Below, piece after piece: positions 20,791 to 30,895 of a stretch of DNA of 64,000 bases. Source of the stretch: a virus; IMG/VR virus record IMGVR_UViG_3300036770_008442, positions 32,001 through 96,000 of that record; one strand, 5' to 3'. The notes under the pieces are model-generated. The model had not been told where the DNA came from. It made no database searches and saw nothing but the letters and a program-made list of their open reading frames with translations. Numbering within the stretch: position 1 is the stretch's first letter; each line of letters starts with the position of its first letter. The translations under genes and the position numbers were made by a program.

Positions 20791-20827
20791 TAAGTTTTAA
20801 AGTTAGCTTATTATATATCAAAACTTA
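20791..20827 (-). promoter_or_regulatory. GATATATA motif (20812-20819) within a 10-bp hairpin whose 3' arm lies in the S1 leader
   Basis: TAAGTTTTGA (20827-20818) pairs with TTAAAACTTA (20800-20791), one G-U pair. The arm ends 5 nt before the ATG. Confidence 0.55.
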
Positions 20828-20846
20828 GAAATAATCCGGGAAAAAA

Positions 20847-23624
20847 TTATTTCTTTAGAGAGGGTAAAAGATAAGTTCTTATGAACCAAAGCTCTCTATT
20901 AATTAATATTCTTAGGTCTCTAGCCTGAACTTTCTCAGGGAATCCCTGGGTAGTCACTCTATATTTAGAGAGTGCTTGTCTTAGTCTTCCTGAATAAAGG
21001 TCCGAAGATATACCCTCCCGATTTTTTCCCCTTACAACAAAATCAATTTCGTTTGTATCCAGTTCATCAGAAGAAAAGTAGTCTAAATTCCTATATTTAT
21101 AGAGAACAGAAAGTAAAATTTTAGTGCTTATCCCCAATTCATTAACAGAATAAGATCCATAATAAAAAGAATTTTTATTGGGCATGGAAGTGCTAAATTT
21201 ATAGGAATTATCCCCCTCTTCTCTGTTATACAAGAAATTTTTACCCAGATCAGCTCCGCCTAAATTTTCAGAGGATAATTTTTCTTTGAACACTGATCTG
21301 TCCAATCCTAGTTCTTGAAGCTGCGAATCTAAATCATAGAATAAAGTCTCTATCGGAGATTCATCATCATTGAGTATCGAGTTAAAAGCTTCTCTAATCC
21401 CCTCATTAAACTCGGGTGTTGCAAAATCCTTTACAGTGGACTCATAAGCCCATGATCTTGAAGCAAGATCTAAAATTTCATCCAGAGAATCAACAGATAC
21501 ATCAGGAGATTCACCAATGTCTTCGCCCTTCTTGATTTTATCTACTCTTTGATTTAAATCCAATTTGTTTAGTCCAAATAGACTTCTAATGATAGCGGGA
21601 AAAATAGAAGGAATCTGAATAGCCAAAGCGCCGAAAATAGCTAATATCCCTTTTATAGATTCCCATATTATAATAAGTTTGAGGGGTAAATATTTTTCTA
21701 AAATAAATAATGGTGTCTTGTTTTGGTTATTCACAGTCAATTGAGAAGAGAATCTAGCAATATTGATTCCACGAACGGCTCTCTCTTCATTAGAGATCTG
21801 ATCTTCCCCGGTTTCCGTAATTTGTTTTAAAACACCATATTCAATAAAATCTTGGTCTATTCTTTTGTAGGTAATTCTAAATTTTTGGAATCTTTCTCCA
21901 ACGAAAAGAGTAATTATTTCTCCGACCGTAACGTTAACCAACGGTGCCAAAGCATTCGATACATTCCCTGTCTTATAAGATACCCGGATTCGAGTAATTG
22001 AATCAATATTACTCGAATCTGCTGTTAATTGTCCAGCTTCTGGAATTTCTAGACTTCCAATAAAATCGTATGGAAAAGAAAGAGGAATTTTATCAATCTG
22101 ATCTCCCTGCCCTGCTTGATTCAATTCAGTCCGAATAGAATCTAAAAAATCTTTGCTAGGTGTGAATTTTTTTAGATCCCTAGAAAACTTACCACAAACC
22201 ATATCACTGATTAATGGTCTCAATCCTCTACCTGGATCAATCGGATCCTGTTTTGCCTCTGAGTATGGCATAATCGGAGTGATAAATTGAGCAATATAAG
22301 GTTCTATGAATTCAAGAATTGCTTCTGAAATCAGATCACAAAAAAGTTTAATGGGATTCGTTATTCCTAGAATTACAATTCGGATAAGACCAATAGGATT
22401 GGTTATTTTTTTTGCAAGTCCAGCCAAGGAAGAAAGAAAAACATGAACGGGAAGCAATAAGAGTTTTAAAATATTAAGGATGATCTTGATCAAAAAAAAT
22501 GGATTTTCTGCTCCGATCTGAATTAGTCTGGCGAAAGAAACCAAATCTTCTTTTCTTTGTTCTCTCTTCCCCTGCTGGCTGTCTGGATTTTCTTGGGTCT
22601 CTTTAAAATCTATTTTAGGAAATTTGCCTTCTAGAATTCCAGAAAGAATTTCGCTGAAGTCCAATCCAGATTGTGCTCCCAATTCTTGCAGATATTTGGC
22701 AGTTGGGGAGTCAGGAGAAACTTTAGAAAAATCCCCAATAACCAAATTAATTCTAGACAGAAGGGGAAAATTAAGTCCAAGCACAGAGAAAGGTATAATC
22801 AAGGACCCATCTTTGATGAAATTCCGGAGTATCAATCTTCTAGAAGTCCGAATTTCAACATTGGAAAAATTTGGGATTGTAACAGATCCAGATGAATTGG
22901 ATTCTTCAAAACTTAAAGAAAGAAGAGTCAGTCCAAATTCATAATAATCGGGGGTTCCCTTTATTTTTCTTATTGAAGTGACTCTAAAAGATCCATAATT
23001 AGGACCATCTGTTATATCCAGATTATCACCTATTTTTAGCAGGGATAAAGAAAAATTAGGGTCAGAATTTTCTGTTACTGTACTGACCCTTATCGTCCTA
23101 ATCGTTGCTAGAGAAGAAGAATTTGTAGTGATCTGACCTTTCTCGGGTGAAGACGAGGAGAGAAAAATCGTCTCGTAATTATATCTTTCCAGAGTGGAAT
23201 CAATGGGATCCGGTCCTGAATTATCAATGAGACTTTTAAGTCTATCCACATCCCCAGAGGATTCACCAATTCTCAATTCTAAAGGAAACGGGAATTCTTT
23301 TAATGTTGAGTTAAACCCCTCATCCAATAAGAACTGTAAAGGACTACTGAATATGGTTTTTATCGAATTAAAAGCCGTTCGAATTTCATCTAGTCCTTCC
23401 CCACCAAGAGCCTTTTTACCAATAAAAATAGGAGCAAATAAGGAGGATAAAGATTTTTCTAGTATTTTAATTTGCAACTTTACCAAAAGTCCCAGCCCGA
23501 AAAGATTTTGGTTTGGAATTTTGAATTTCGAATCACTAACAATCTCCCCAGAGGTAGAGTTTGTTCGATCTATAAATGCTCCAATTTCTTCATCTTCTAG
23601 TATTTTATCAGGTAACAATCCCAT
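20847..23624 (-). CDS. Hypothetical 925-aa protein with hydrophobic helices and an internally duplicated beta domain
   Basis: Long ORF directly downstream of the spike gene, with several apolar/amphipathic helices. Confidence 0.6.
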   Translation of the reverse strand: MGLLPDKILEDEEIGAFIDRTNSTSGEIVSDSKFKIPNQNLFGLGLLVKLQIKILEKSLSSLFAPIFIGKKALGGEGLDEIRTAFNSIKTIFSSPLQFLLDEGFNSTLKEFPFPLELRIGESSGDVDRLKSLIDNSGPDPIDSTLERYNYETIFLSSSSPEKGQITTNSSSLATIRTIRVSTVTENSDPNFSLSLLKIGDNLDITDGPNYGSFRVTSIRKIKGTPDYYEFGLTLLSLSFEESNSSGSVTIPNFSNVEIRTSRRLILRNFIKDGSLIIPFSVLGLNFPLLSRINLVIGDFSKVSPDSPTAKYLQELGAQSGLDFSEILSGILEGKFPKIDFKETQENPDSQQGKREQRKEDLVSFARLIQIGAENPFFLIKIILNILKLLLLPVHVFLSSLAGLAKKITNPIGLIRIVILGITNPIKLFCDLISEAILEFIEPYIAQFITPIMPYSEAKQDPIDPGRGLRPLISDMVCGKFSRDLKKFTPSKDFLDSIRTELNQAGQGDQIDKIPLSFPYDFIGSLEIPEAGQLTADSSNIDSITRIRVSYKTGNVSNALAPLVNVTVGEIITLFVGERFQKFRITYKRIDQDFIEYGVLKQITETGEDQISNEERAVRGINIARFSSQLTVNNQNKTPLFILEKYLPLKLIIIWESIKGILAIFGALAIQIPSIFPAIIRSLFGLNKLDLNQRVDKIKKGEDIGESPDVSVDSLDEILDLASRSWAYESTVKDFATPEFNEGIREAFNSILNDDESPIETLFYDLDSQLQELGLDRSVFKEKLSSENLGGADLGKNFLYNREEGDNSYKFSTSMPNKNSFYYGSYSVNELGISTKILLSVLYKYRNLDYFSSDELDTNEIDFVVRGKNREGISSDLYSGRLRQALSKYRVTTQGFPEKVQARDLRILINRELWFIRTYLLPSLKK

Positions 23625-23627
23625 GAT

Positions 23628-24296
23628 TTATCTTGTTTTTGAAACATTAGACAGATGGGATGGATCTGATGGAATTACAGGGGGAGATGTGGGTGCTCCC
23701 AAATTTCCTATATGAGTATGAGAATTAAAATAAGTTTGGAAAGTATTTCCTTTGATAACAGATTCAATAGCAGCTTCCCCCAGTTCTATATTATTAGAAT
23801 TAATTATGACCTTATTATTCTCCATTCGAATTTGGTCATTTCCCATTTGAACCACTATTCTTAGAGCTCCACCATCTTGGGTATCCAGCTGTATTTTAGC
23901 ATCACCTAGAATTAGATTCAGACCCTTTTTTTTAGTGTAAAAAATTTGAAGAGAACCTGGCTCTGCCGTATTATCATAGATCAAAGAATGAGCACCTTCA
24001 TAAGAATCAGCAATCTCTTCTTTTAAATCAGGGGATGTCTCAAAATCTGAATAGTAGTATGAGTTATAATAATTCTGTCCATTAAATTCTAATCCTACTA
24101 TAGATCCGAGCTTGGGGATAGAGATATTACCACCCCCCAGTCTACCAAAAGAAGGGGGTTTAACCTGGGTAGACCAAGGAATGTCTTCATTCTCGATACC
24201 ATCAAAAAGACCAAAGACTCTAACCCTTGCCCTACCCTCTTTCTTGGGATCGTTTATATCAACAACCTCTCCGAGATAAATTTTTGGTGATGCCAT
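23628..24296 (-). CDS. Baseplate central spike (gp5/gpV-like OB fold)
   Basis: YLGEVVDINDPKKEGRARVRVFG...IPW is the gp5 N-terminal OB signature. C-terminal HTH (HxH) metal-binding tip. Confidence 0.85.
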   Translation of the reverse strand: MASPKIYLGEVVDINDPKKEGRARVRVFGLFDGIENEDIPWSTQVKPPSFGRLGGGNISIPKLGSIVGLEFNGQNYYNSYYYSDFETSPDLKEEIADSYEGAHSLIYDNTAEPGSLQIFYTKKKGLNLILGDAKIQLDTQDGGALRIVVQMGNDQIRMENNKVIINSNNIELGEAAIESVIKGNTFQTYFNSHTHIGNLGAPTSPPVIPSDPSHLSNVSKTR

Positions 24297-24298
24297 AG

Positions 24299-26863
24299 TT
24301 AGACTTCATAATCATCTGGATTGAAATCACCCAAACTGATGTTATATTTATCCGAAGGTTTAGAATTTCCTAGATTTAGGGGGGATTCCATTATAAAATC
24401 TCCGGATGTTAAGGGAAAAACATTTCCCAAATTTTGAGGTTTCTTTTGCCTATTTTGATCCACATAAACATTACCCGGGGATTGATCGAAATTATTTTCT
24501 CTATTTCTTAATTCTCCCCGTGATTCAATCTGGGTAGATTGCTCATAAACTTTAGAAGCTTCTAATTTAGGCGAAAAATCTTCTAATCTCGAAGGAAATT
24601 CGTTTGATAATGAATTTGGTGCTTGCGTATTTTGATTTGGAGAATTATCATAAACAGTGGAATTAAAAACCGGATATGTCCTATTAGGTACCCCTAGATC
24701 ATCCCCAGGAACTTCCCGATATAGATCAGAATCTAAAGATGGATACTGTCGAATAGGAACCCCTAGATCAGCTCCGGGAACATCTGGATAAACATCAGAT
24801 TTTATAGATTCATAGTCCCGGGACGGAACCCCCAAATCAGCTCCAGGAACACCTGAATAAACATCATCAACAAGACCGGGATACTCCCTAGTAGGAACAC
24901 CTAAATCTGAACCGGGCACACCCGGGTAAACATCATCATTAAAATCTGGATAAACCCTGTCTGGAACTCCCAGATCAGTCCCAGGAACACCCGGGTAAAC
25001 ATCATCATTAAAATCTGGATAAACACGGTCTGGAACTCCCAAGTCTTGACCTGGAACATTTTCGTAAGCGTCTCCGCTCGAAGGAGGATAAACCCGATCC
25101 GGAACCCCTAAATCAAATCCAGGAACATTCACATAAACATCTTCTTTTGGTTCTGGATAAATCCGATCTGGAACACCTAGATCGGTCCCAGGAACATTTG
25201 AATACAAATCATCTTCTACCGTCGGATAAACCCTGTCAGGAACTCCTAAATCCGATCCAGGTACATTTGGATAAGCATCAGCCTTTACCATAGGATAAAC
25301 TCTTTCCGGAACTCCTAAATCTGGACCAGGAACACCCGGGTATGAATCCGAATTTCCTCCCACTGGGGGATAAACTCTTTCCGTTGGTCCGCCCTGTCCC
25401 ATTTTTTGAGGATTGGGGAGATTTCCTTTAAAAATATTGTCTATCCCAGTTTCAGCTGCTCCATTCAAAAAGTTTTCAAGATTATTAAAACCAAGTTTAC
25501 CGCTTTCATTAGTAAATCTAGCTAATTGGGTTGGATTAAATGAATATATGTTTCCCAATAAACTTTGATCCAGTCCGCTTAAAAATCGATCAGACAGAGA
25601 TCTTATCCCTTCGTTAACAAGATCAGAAACAGCATTTGAAACAACGTTAGTTAAAAGTTGTCCAGCGTTTCCCAGAAGCTGTTCGAGACTTAAAGCATCA
25701 GAAGCTCCAAGGTCCTGTAAAGAAGATCTATTTTGATCGTATCCGTCAGCTAAAATGAGGGGTTTACCGTCACCTCTAATGTTGGGATATTGGGATTTAG
25801 TCCTTACTTTCCCGACATATATTCTGAACTGATTAGTTTCAGGTTCTGCTGAGGAAGATCCCATATCAATCGTTGATTTTATCGGGGTGGTTTCGCTAAA
25901 ATCAAATTCACACTGTTGGCATTCATAGATCATAACAGGTTTGATGCCCAGCTGATCTGTTTGGTTTGAAAGAGCAGCGATGTCGTTTGAAATTCCAGAT
26001 TGACCCAAAATATTGTTCGTAAAACTAGAGAAAGAGTTGCCCCTCCCTGAATCACTGCCACCAACAGGATCAGAGGTCAAAGAGGATAGTCCGCTTCCGA
26101 TACTGCTCCCTGCATTATTGTTAGTTTGTAATAGGTTAGAAAGACTATCGATAGCGGTTAATGTAGTACTTGAATTTATCAGTCTGCTGGTCTTGAAAAA
26201 ATTCCTAATTTCTGTAACAAAAATCCACATCGTGAACTTCCTCAAATTTCTCGGGACTAGCCATCTCATATTATCATAATCAAAGGTGGCCTGATTATAC
26301 AATTCAGCTAAAGCAGAAATTCTAAGGTTTATAGATTCTAAAGTTTTAATATTTAGATATTTTTCTGCTGTTCTTTGGGTATCAAAAGCATCGAATTGAT
26401 TTGATGTTTGAAATCCAGATCTGGAAACTTGGGACAATTTATCAAGTCCATCGATTGACTGAAAAAACCAAGGCGAATTGGCATTTATTTCTTGTAAAAG
26501 TTTAGTAAATTGTAGAATAGCATTTGCTCTCTTTGTCCTATTATTCTCAGCATCAAAAGACCCTTCTCTTTGTAGCAAATAATTATAAGCAGAATAGTAC
26601 ATTAATTGCGGGTTTGAAGCAGCATATTGTGGCTGACCAAAGGGATTATTGATACTTTCAGCCATTGATGAGTTATCTATAGAGTAATTTTCTCTTTTCA
26701 ATAAAGGACTAGGAGCCCATCCATAATTTGGATCAACCGTGAGATTTCCAAAATCAAACATTATTTTAAATCCAAGATAAGTTGGATCCTCATTTTTGCC
26801 CGAATTAGAAAGCTTAAATCCTTTAAGGAATAGACTCCTTTCTCTATCTGTTGCTTGTATCAA
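24299..26863 (-). CDS. Probable baseplate/tail-tube junction protein with proline-rich repeat region, 854 aa
   Basis: N-terminal part (PWFFQSIDGL, LESINLRI, VPRNLRKFTMWIFVTEIR) is tube-fold-like by context, between hub and spike genes. TTG start. Confidence 0.5.
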   Translation of the reverse strand: MIQATDRERSLFLKGFKLSNSGKNEDPTYLGFKIMFDFGNLTVDPNYGWAPSPLLKRENYSIDNSSMAESINNPFGQPQYAASNPQLMYYSAYNYLLQREGSFDAENNRTKRANAILQFTKLLQEINANSPWFFQSIDGLDKLSQVSRSGFQTSNQFDAFDTQRTAEKYLNIKTLESINLRISALAELYNQATFDYDNMRWLVPRNLRKFTMWIFVTEIRNFFKTSRLINSSTTLTAIDSLSNLLQTNNNAGSSIGSGLSSLTSDPVGGSDSGRGNSFSSFTNNILGQSGISNDIAALSNQTDQLGIKPVMIYECQQCEFDFSETTPIKSTIDMGSSSAEPETNQFRIYVGKVRTKSQYPNIRGDGKPLILADGYDQNRSSLQDLGASDALSLEQLLGNAGQLLTNVVSNAVSDLVNEGIRSLSDRFLSGLDQSLLGNIYSFNPTQLARFTNESGKLGFNNLENFLNGAAETGIDNIFKGNLPNPQKMGQGGPTERVYPPVGGNSDSYPGVPGPDLGVPERVYPMVKADAYPNVPGSDLGVPDRVYPTVEDDLYSNVPGTDLGVPDRIYPEPKEDVYVNVPGFDLGVPDRVYPPSSGDAYENVPGQDLGVPDRVYPDFNDDVYPGVPGTDLGVPDRVYPDFNDDVYPGVPGSDLGVPTREYPGLVDDVYSGVPGADLGVPSRDYESIKSDVYPDVPGADLGVPIRQYPSLDSDLYREVPGDDLGVPNRTYPVFNSTVYDNSPNQNTQAPNSLSNEFPSRLEDFSPKLEASKVYEQSTQIESRGELRNRENNFDQSPGNVYVDQNRQKKPQNLGNVFPLTSGDFIMESPLNLGNSKPSDKYNISLGDFNPDDYEV
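24671..25381 (-). repeat. About 10 tandem 69-nt (23-aa) coding repeats, consensus DRVYPxxxDDVYxxVPGxDLGVP
   Basis: Ten DLGVP units counted in the translation; two adjacent units are nearly identical at DNA level. Confidence 0.95.
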
Positions 26864-26883
26864 CTTTAGAATAATTATTTTTG

Positions 26884-26891
26884 TATTTATC
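26884..26891 (-). promoter_or_regulatory. GATAAATA late-promoter-like motif
   Basis: Overlaps the stop of the upstream gene, 20 nt before TTG 26863. Confidence 0.5.
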
Positions 26892-28392
26892 CGGAATAAA
26901 GATTTAATGGGAAAGATTTCGGGAATGTTCCTGCACTATTCAGAGTCCATTCTCTTTTTCGAAGATGCAAAACCTGATAAATTCCGCCATATCTTTCATA
27001 ATTAACCTCTATTCCATCCAAAATGTAAATCCCCGAAAGAAATTGATCCAGTACCGGATTTATCTCTTCCTCTATTTTTTCATCATTTGAAGTACCAGCA
27101 TTATTTTTTCTTATTCCCTGGTCATTGACATAGATTAAAACAGGAATTGCCTGACCCCTGTAAAAACCAGCATAATAAGGCCTAGTTTGAACTCTCAGAG
27201 TAAATTTTGTGATCTCCTCATTATTTATTTCATTCTGGATTAAAGCCTGAATGAAATTTTCATGAACCCCTCCCCTACCGGAATCACTGCTGTTTAGAGT
27301 TCCGTACCAATTTTTTCGTATTTCTTGCCTATAAAGATCCTCTTTAGGTCTTCCCTTCTGAAGAATCTGATTTTCTCTCAGATTTTCTGTTGTTGTACTT
27401 TCAATTGTATATCTGATGTATTTCTCACTATAATTCTCCGTATTTAGTCCGCTGTCATAAAACTGAACTTCCTGGATGTATCCCCTATTATTAACAACGT
27501 TTCCTGCGTTTGATACTAATGTATAATTCGAAATATAAAGCGGAATATCCTGACTACCTTTTTGGTTCGTTAGCACCAAAGGCATTTCCTGCATTTCAAG
27601 TTCTATTCCTTGGAATTTGGTATCGTTAGCAGTATTCGTAGACATTCCTCGAATGACTTTTACCTGCTGTACATAGTCAGTAGCAGTCAACTGATTTTCC
27701 AGATTTACGAAATTCAAATTATAATAGGGATCTATCCAGACTTTAAAAAAACTTCGATCGTCTTTATAAGATCTACTAGCAACTTCCTTAATAAAATCGT
27801 AATACGAGAGGTTCGGACAAATCCACGTCATAGAGTCATTCAGATTCTGTTCATTCGAAGAGAAACCGAGATTTAATTCTTGAGAAACCTCAAATAGGGT
27901 ATCATAGGAAGTCTTTCCTCTAAATGCTTTAGATATTTCAGAATAAAGACCAGGTATTCTAGTTTCTGCCAAAATGCTGAATTGTATCCCATTGCCCTCT
28001 GGATCGGCAGATTGTCCGGATTTAACAGAGAGAATGTTGAAATCCATACGAAGAGGCTTATATACTTCTACCCATGATCTTAGATAAACAGAAACAATAT
28101 CCCCATCTTTTGGATAATTAACACTAATAAATAGAGGATCTCCCATAGTGAAATTAAATCTTAGAACTGGAATAATTCCAGTCATGTCTAGGGAGAAAAA
28201 AGATAGGTATTTTTGGACATAATATCCATTGACAAAAACCACCGGAGTATAGGCCCCGAAAGATTTCTCGTCCGCATCTTGCAATAAAGGCTGATCCCGA
28301 TTAGCATCCCCACTTCTATTCGGAACAACCAGCTCATCTAATCTAATGCTAGTTCGGGCAAAGTTATTTATGATGATCTGGTCAGAAGGCAT
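26887..28392 (-). CDS. Probable baseplate hub protein (gp27-like)
   Basis: Position between gp53-like and spike genes. C-terminal LSGIYILDGIEVNY...LHLRKRE is typical of hub proteins. Confidence 0.6.
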   Translation of the reverse strand: MPSDQIIINNFARTSIRLDELVVPNRSGDANRDQPLLQDADEKSFGAYTPVVFVNGYYVQKYLSFFSLDMTGIIPVLRFNFTMGDPLFISVNYPKDGDIVSVYLRSWVEVYKPLRMDFNILSVKSGQSADPEGNGIQFSILAETRIPGLYSEISKAFRGKTSYDTLFEVSQELNLGFSSNEQNLNDSMTWICPNLSYYDFIKEVASRSYKDDRSFFKVWIDPYYNLNFVNLENQLTATDYVQQVKVIRGMSTNTANDTKFQGIELEMQEMPLVLTNQKGSQDIPLYISNYTLVSNAGNVVNNRGYIQEVQFYDSGLNTENYSEKYIRYTIESTTTENLRENQILQKGRPKEDLYRQEIRKNWYGTLNSSDSGRGGVHENFIQALIQNEINNEEITKFTLRVQTRPYYAGFYRGQAIPVLIYVNDQGIRKNNAGTSNDEKIEEEINPVLDQFLSGIYILDGIEVNYERYGGIYQVLHLRKREWTLNSAGTFPKSFPLNLYSG

Positions 28393-28397
28393 TTTAA

Positions 28398-28982
28398 TTA
28401 TAGATTAGCATTTGGGTTTGGAGTAGCATTACTGACATCTGGGGCTAGAGCTATAACAGATCTAGTTCTAACTGTTTGTCTTTCTCCTTCTTGCATTAAG
28501 TTAGGAGGCAGAATTTGGGGTGGCAAATTCTTAGCTTTAGCTGTCATTTCAATGAATTTGGATCTCGATTCACTAGTTTTAAACTTTCTTTGCTCTTGAG
28601 ATTTTCTAAATTGAGTGTTAGGATTAGATGTTCCAGATTCTTTCTGGATAAGTTTGGCTTTCTGAGTCACCGCACTATCCAGGGTTTCCTTGAGAGGAAA
28701 AACTGCTATATCTCCCTCTCCTACCGCAAAGGGATTTGAAATTCCATTGAATTTCATAAAAGATCCGGTATAGGATATTTCACCATAAGAAAGATAGGCC
28801 AATCTATCAGGTCTCATAGAAAATTCCTCCGCAACTATTTTATAATTTCTAATTTTTTGAATTACCCCGGTATAGGTTAAGCTGGATTTAGTAAGATCCC
28901 AGATACCAATATTTCTGGACTGAAGCTGGGTATCAGGATTAAATATACCCTTGTTTTTAGAAATTGTATCTATTTGTAGCAT
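28398..28982 (-). CDS. Baseplate wedge gp53-like / LysM-like protein
   Basis: RPDRLAYLSYG...MKFNGISNPF..GD is the gp53/LysM-like motif. Confidence 0.75.
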   Translation of the reverse strand: MLQIDTISKNKGIFNPDTQLQSRNIGIWDLTKSSLTYTGVIQKIRNYKIVAEEFSMRPDRLAYLSYGEISYTGSFMKFNGISNPFAVGEGDIAVFPLKETLDSAVTQKAKLIQKESGTSNPNTQFRKSQEQRKFKTSESRSKFIEMTAKAKNLPPQILPPNLMQEGERQTVRTRSVIALAPDVSNATPNPNANL

Positions 28983-28993
28983 TTCTGTTTTTA

Positions 28994-30883
28994 TTATTGA
29001 ACTATAACACTCGTTTGCTGCTGAAGATTCTCTAAAGGACTTGTTTGGGTAGAATCATCAGGATTAACAGCAGCAGAAGATCCATCCGTGTTTGCAAGAG
29101 CAGAAGTGGATTGATTAGACGAATAAGTCGGAAGAGAACTTTGATAAAGTCTTTGTTGACCTCTGTTAAAAATCGATTCAATCTCCCCCTTATCCCGATC
29201 TCTTCCGTGTTTGAGACTAAAAGTGGCAACAAGTTCAGTCGGAAAATCATCAGGCCCAAGAACTTCTCCAAATTCAATAGAAACGCTATCGCAAATCAGA
29301 TTACCTATCATAGCAACAGGATTTAAAGGATTACCAACAACCAGATGCCATTCACCAACAGGAGCACCAGTATAAAGAGAAAGTGGGAGTCTAATGTCTT
29401 GTATTAAGTCATCCGCTAGAGCAGCAGCCAATACATTAGAAGCTGCTCCCTCAGCATCAGCAGCGATTGCTTTTAAATCTCCTTTCTGGAACTGTTCTAT
29501 AACAGAAGCAAGATCCTGAACTGCTCTTTCGATAGAATCTTGAGTTTCCTTAAGGTCCTGAGAAACCGGATTATTCATAGTGGTTCCACTCGGATCTGCT
29601 AAAAATTGAATAGCGGTTTTGGTCCAACCGATAGGATCTGTAAAGAATCTTTTTAAACCGTCATCCCCTCCCGGGAATCCAATTGCAGGGAATTTGTTAT
29701 CATATCTTATTTCAGGGGTCAAGAAATTTCCATAATTGGTACCTAAAGCTAACAGATTTGCTATAATATCAAACATTGCTGCTTTGGTATTAACCTCCCC
29801 AACAGAGGTTAATTCATAGTGAAATTTAATATCGATAGCTTTATCTATATTAAAGGTTAATCCCCTGCCTCTAATGTAAGTTTTATCCACAGTATCAACA
29901 GAAACAAAAATAAAATCAGAAAGAGGCCCTCCTGGCTGAGTCATTTTATCACGGAGAGCAAAATTGATCTTAGGAATAGTGACCTCTTCTAATCCAGTTT
30001 GACTAGCTTGAACTGCAATATTGGCGGTGTTCCCTAGAAGTGCTAAGAGTTCACCAGCTCCCGCTTGTTCTGAAAGTCCAGTAAATGCTCTGCCCAAAAC
30101 CGATTTAAAAAATCCTTGATCAAATCCCTCTTGCTTTAATAAGTCAGCCTGGGTTTTTGACTGCCACACAAGTCCAGTAGAAAATCCTACAATATCACTT
30201 AAAGAATTATCTGTTGCTCCGCCCCACCAGGTAACAGCTTGGGCAACAGGCCTACCCGCTCCCTGAAATTTAAAGTAATCAGATTGAATAACTCCATCGG
30301 GCAAAGAAAGATTATCCCTCATGGGAGAGGGAAATCTTCTAAGAGTAATCATATAATTATTGGGGATAGTTCCATAATATTTACAATATAAAAAATCACC
30401 CCATGTATAGGGAGCAGAAGCACCTCCCAAAATTTGAGAAGTCTGAAATGATGCAGACTCACTACTCCCTCCGCCTTCTGCTGCTTCTATAGCTTCATTA
30501 GAATATTTAACCAGGGATCCAGCACTTGGATTTTTCGATTTAAAGGATGAAATTCCTGTATTAAAATCAGTTCTTTCCGATTTATAATACAGGTCAGTAA
30601 AATTATTTCCGGAAGGATTTCTTAAGGAATAAAATAAAAACTGACCATATTTGTCCTGCCCATCTTGATAAAAACCTCCTCTATAAAAAAGAGTTCTTGC
30701 AGTTGGGACAGTTAACGGAATGGCAGATCCTAAATTAGATCTAGCAGAAATCAGATTATCCGCTCCTTGCTGTCTTCCTACTTCACCTAGTGAGAAAGTT
30801 TTTTCTGCCTGATTTTCCCTTATGTTTCTTTCAACTTCGGCGGAAGTAGGTGAATTAGTATTCGTAAATGTTTCGGATGACAT
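28994..30883 (-). CDS. Probable tail-tube initiator/baseplate protein (gp48/gp54-like)
   Basis: C-terminal GNLICDSVSIEF...DDFPTELVATFSL resembles the end of the tube fold. Lies just upstream of the gp53-like gene. Confidence 0.55.
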   Translation of the reverse strand: MSSETFTNTNSPTSAEVERNIRENQAEKTFSLGEVGRQQGADNLISARSNLGSAIPLTVPTARTLFYRGGFYQDGQDKYGQFLFYSLRNPSGNNFTDLYYKSERTDFNTGISSFKSKNPSAGSLVKYSNEAIEAAEGGGSSESASFQTSQILGGASAPYTWGDFLYCKYYGTIPNNYMITLRRFPSPMRDNLSLPDGVIQSDYFKFQGAGRPVAQAVTWWGGATDNSLSDIVGFSTGLVWQSKTQADLLKQEGFDQGFFKSVLGRAFTGLSEQAGAGELLALLGNTANIAVQASQTGLEEVTIPKINFALRDKMTQPGGPLSDFIFVSVDTVDKTYIRGRGLTFNIDKAIDIKFHYELTSVGEVNTKAAMFDIIANLLALGTNYGNFLTPEIRYDNKFPAIGFPGGDDGLKRFFTDPIGWTKTAIQFLADPSGTTMNNPVSQDLKETQDSIERAVQDLASVIEQFQKGDLKAIAADAEGAASNVLAAALADDLIQDIRLPLSLYTGAPVGEWHLVVGNPLNPVAMIGNLICDSVSIEFGEVLGPDDFPTELVATFSLKHGRDRDKGEIESIFNRGQQRLYQSSLPTYSSNQSTSALANTDGSSAAVNPDDSTQTSPLENLQQQTSVIVQ

Positions 30884-30895
30884 GAAATAACAGTA

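Noticed and set aside
24671-25381. CRISPR array or DGR-like repeats
   Set aside because: The period is 69 nt, in frame, with synonymous variation. There are no constant repeats with unique spacers, and no cas or reverse transcriptase gene. The same applies to the 42-nt array at 46854-47441.
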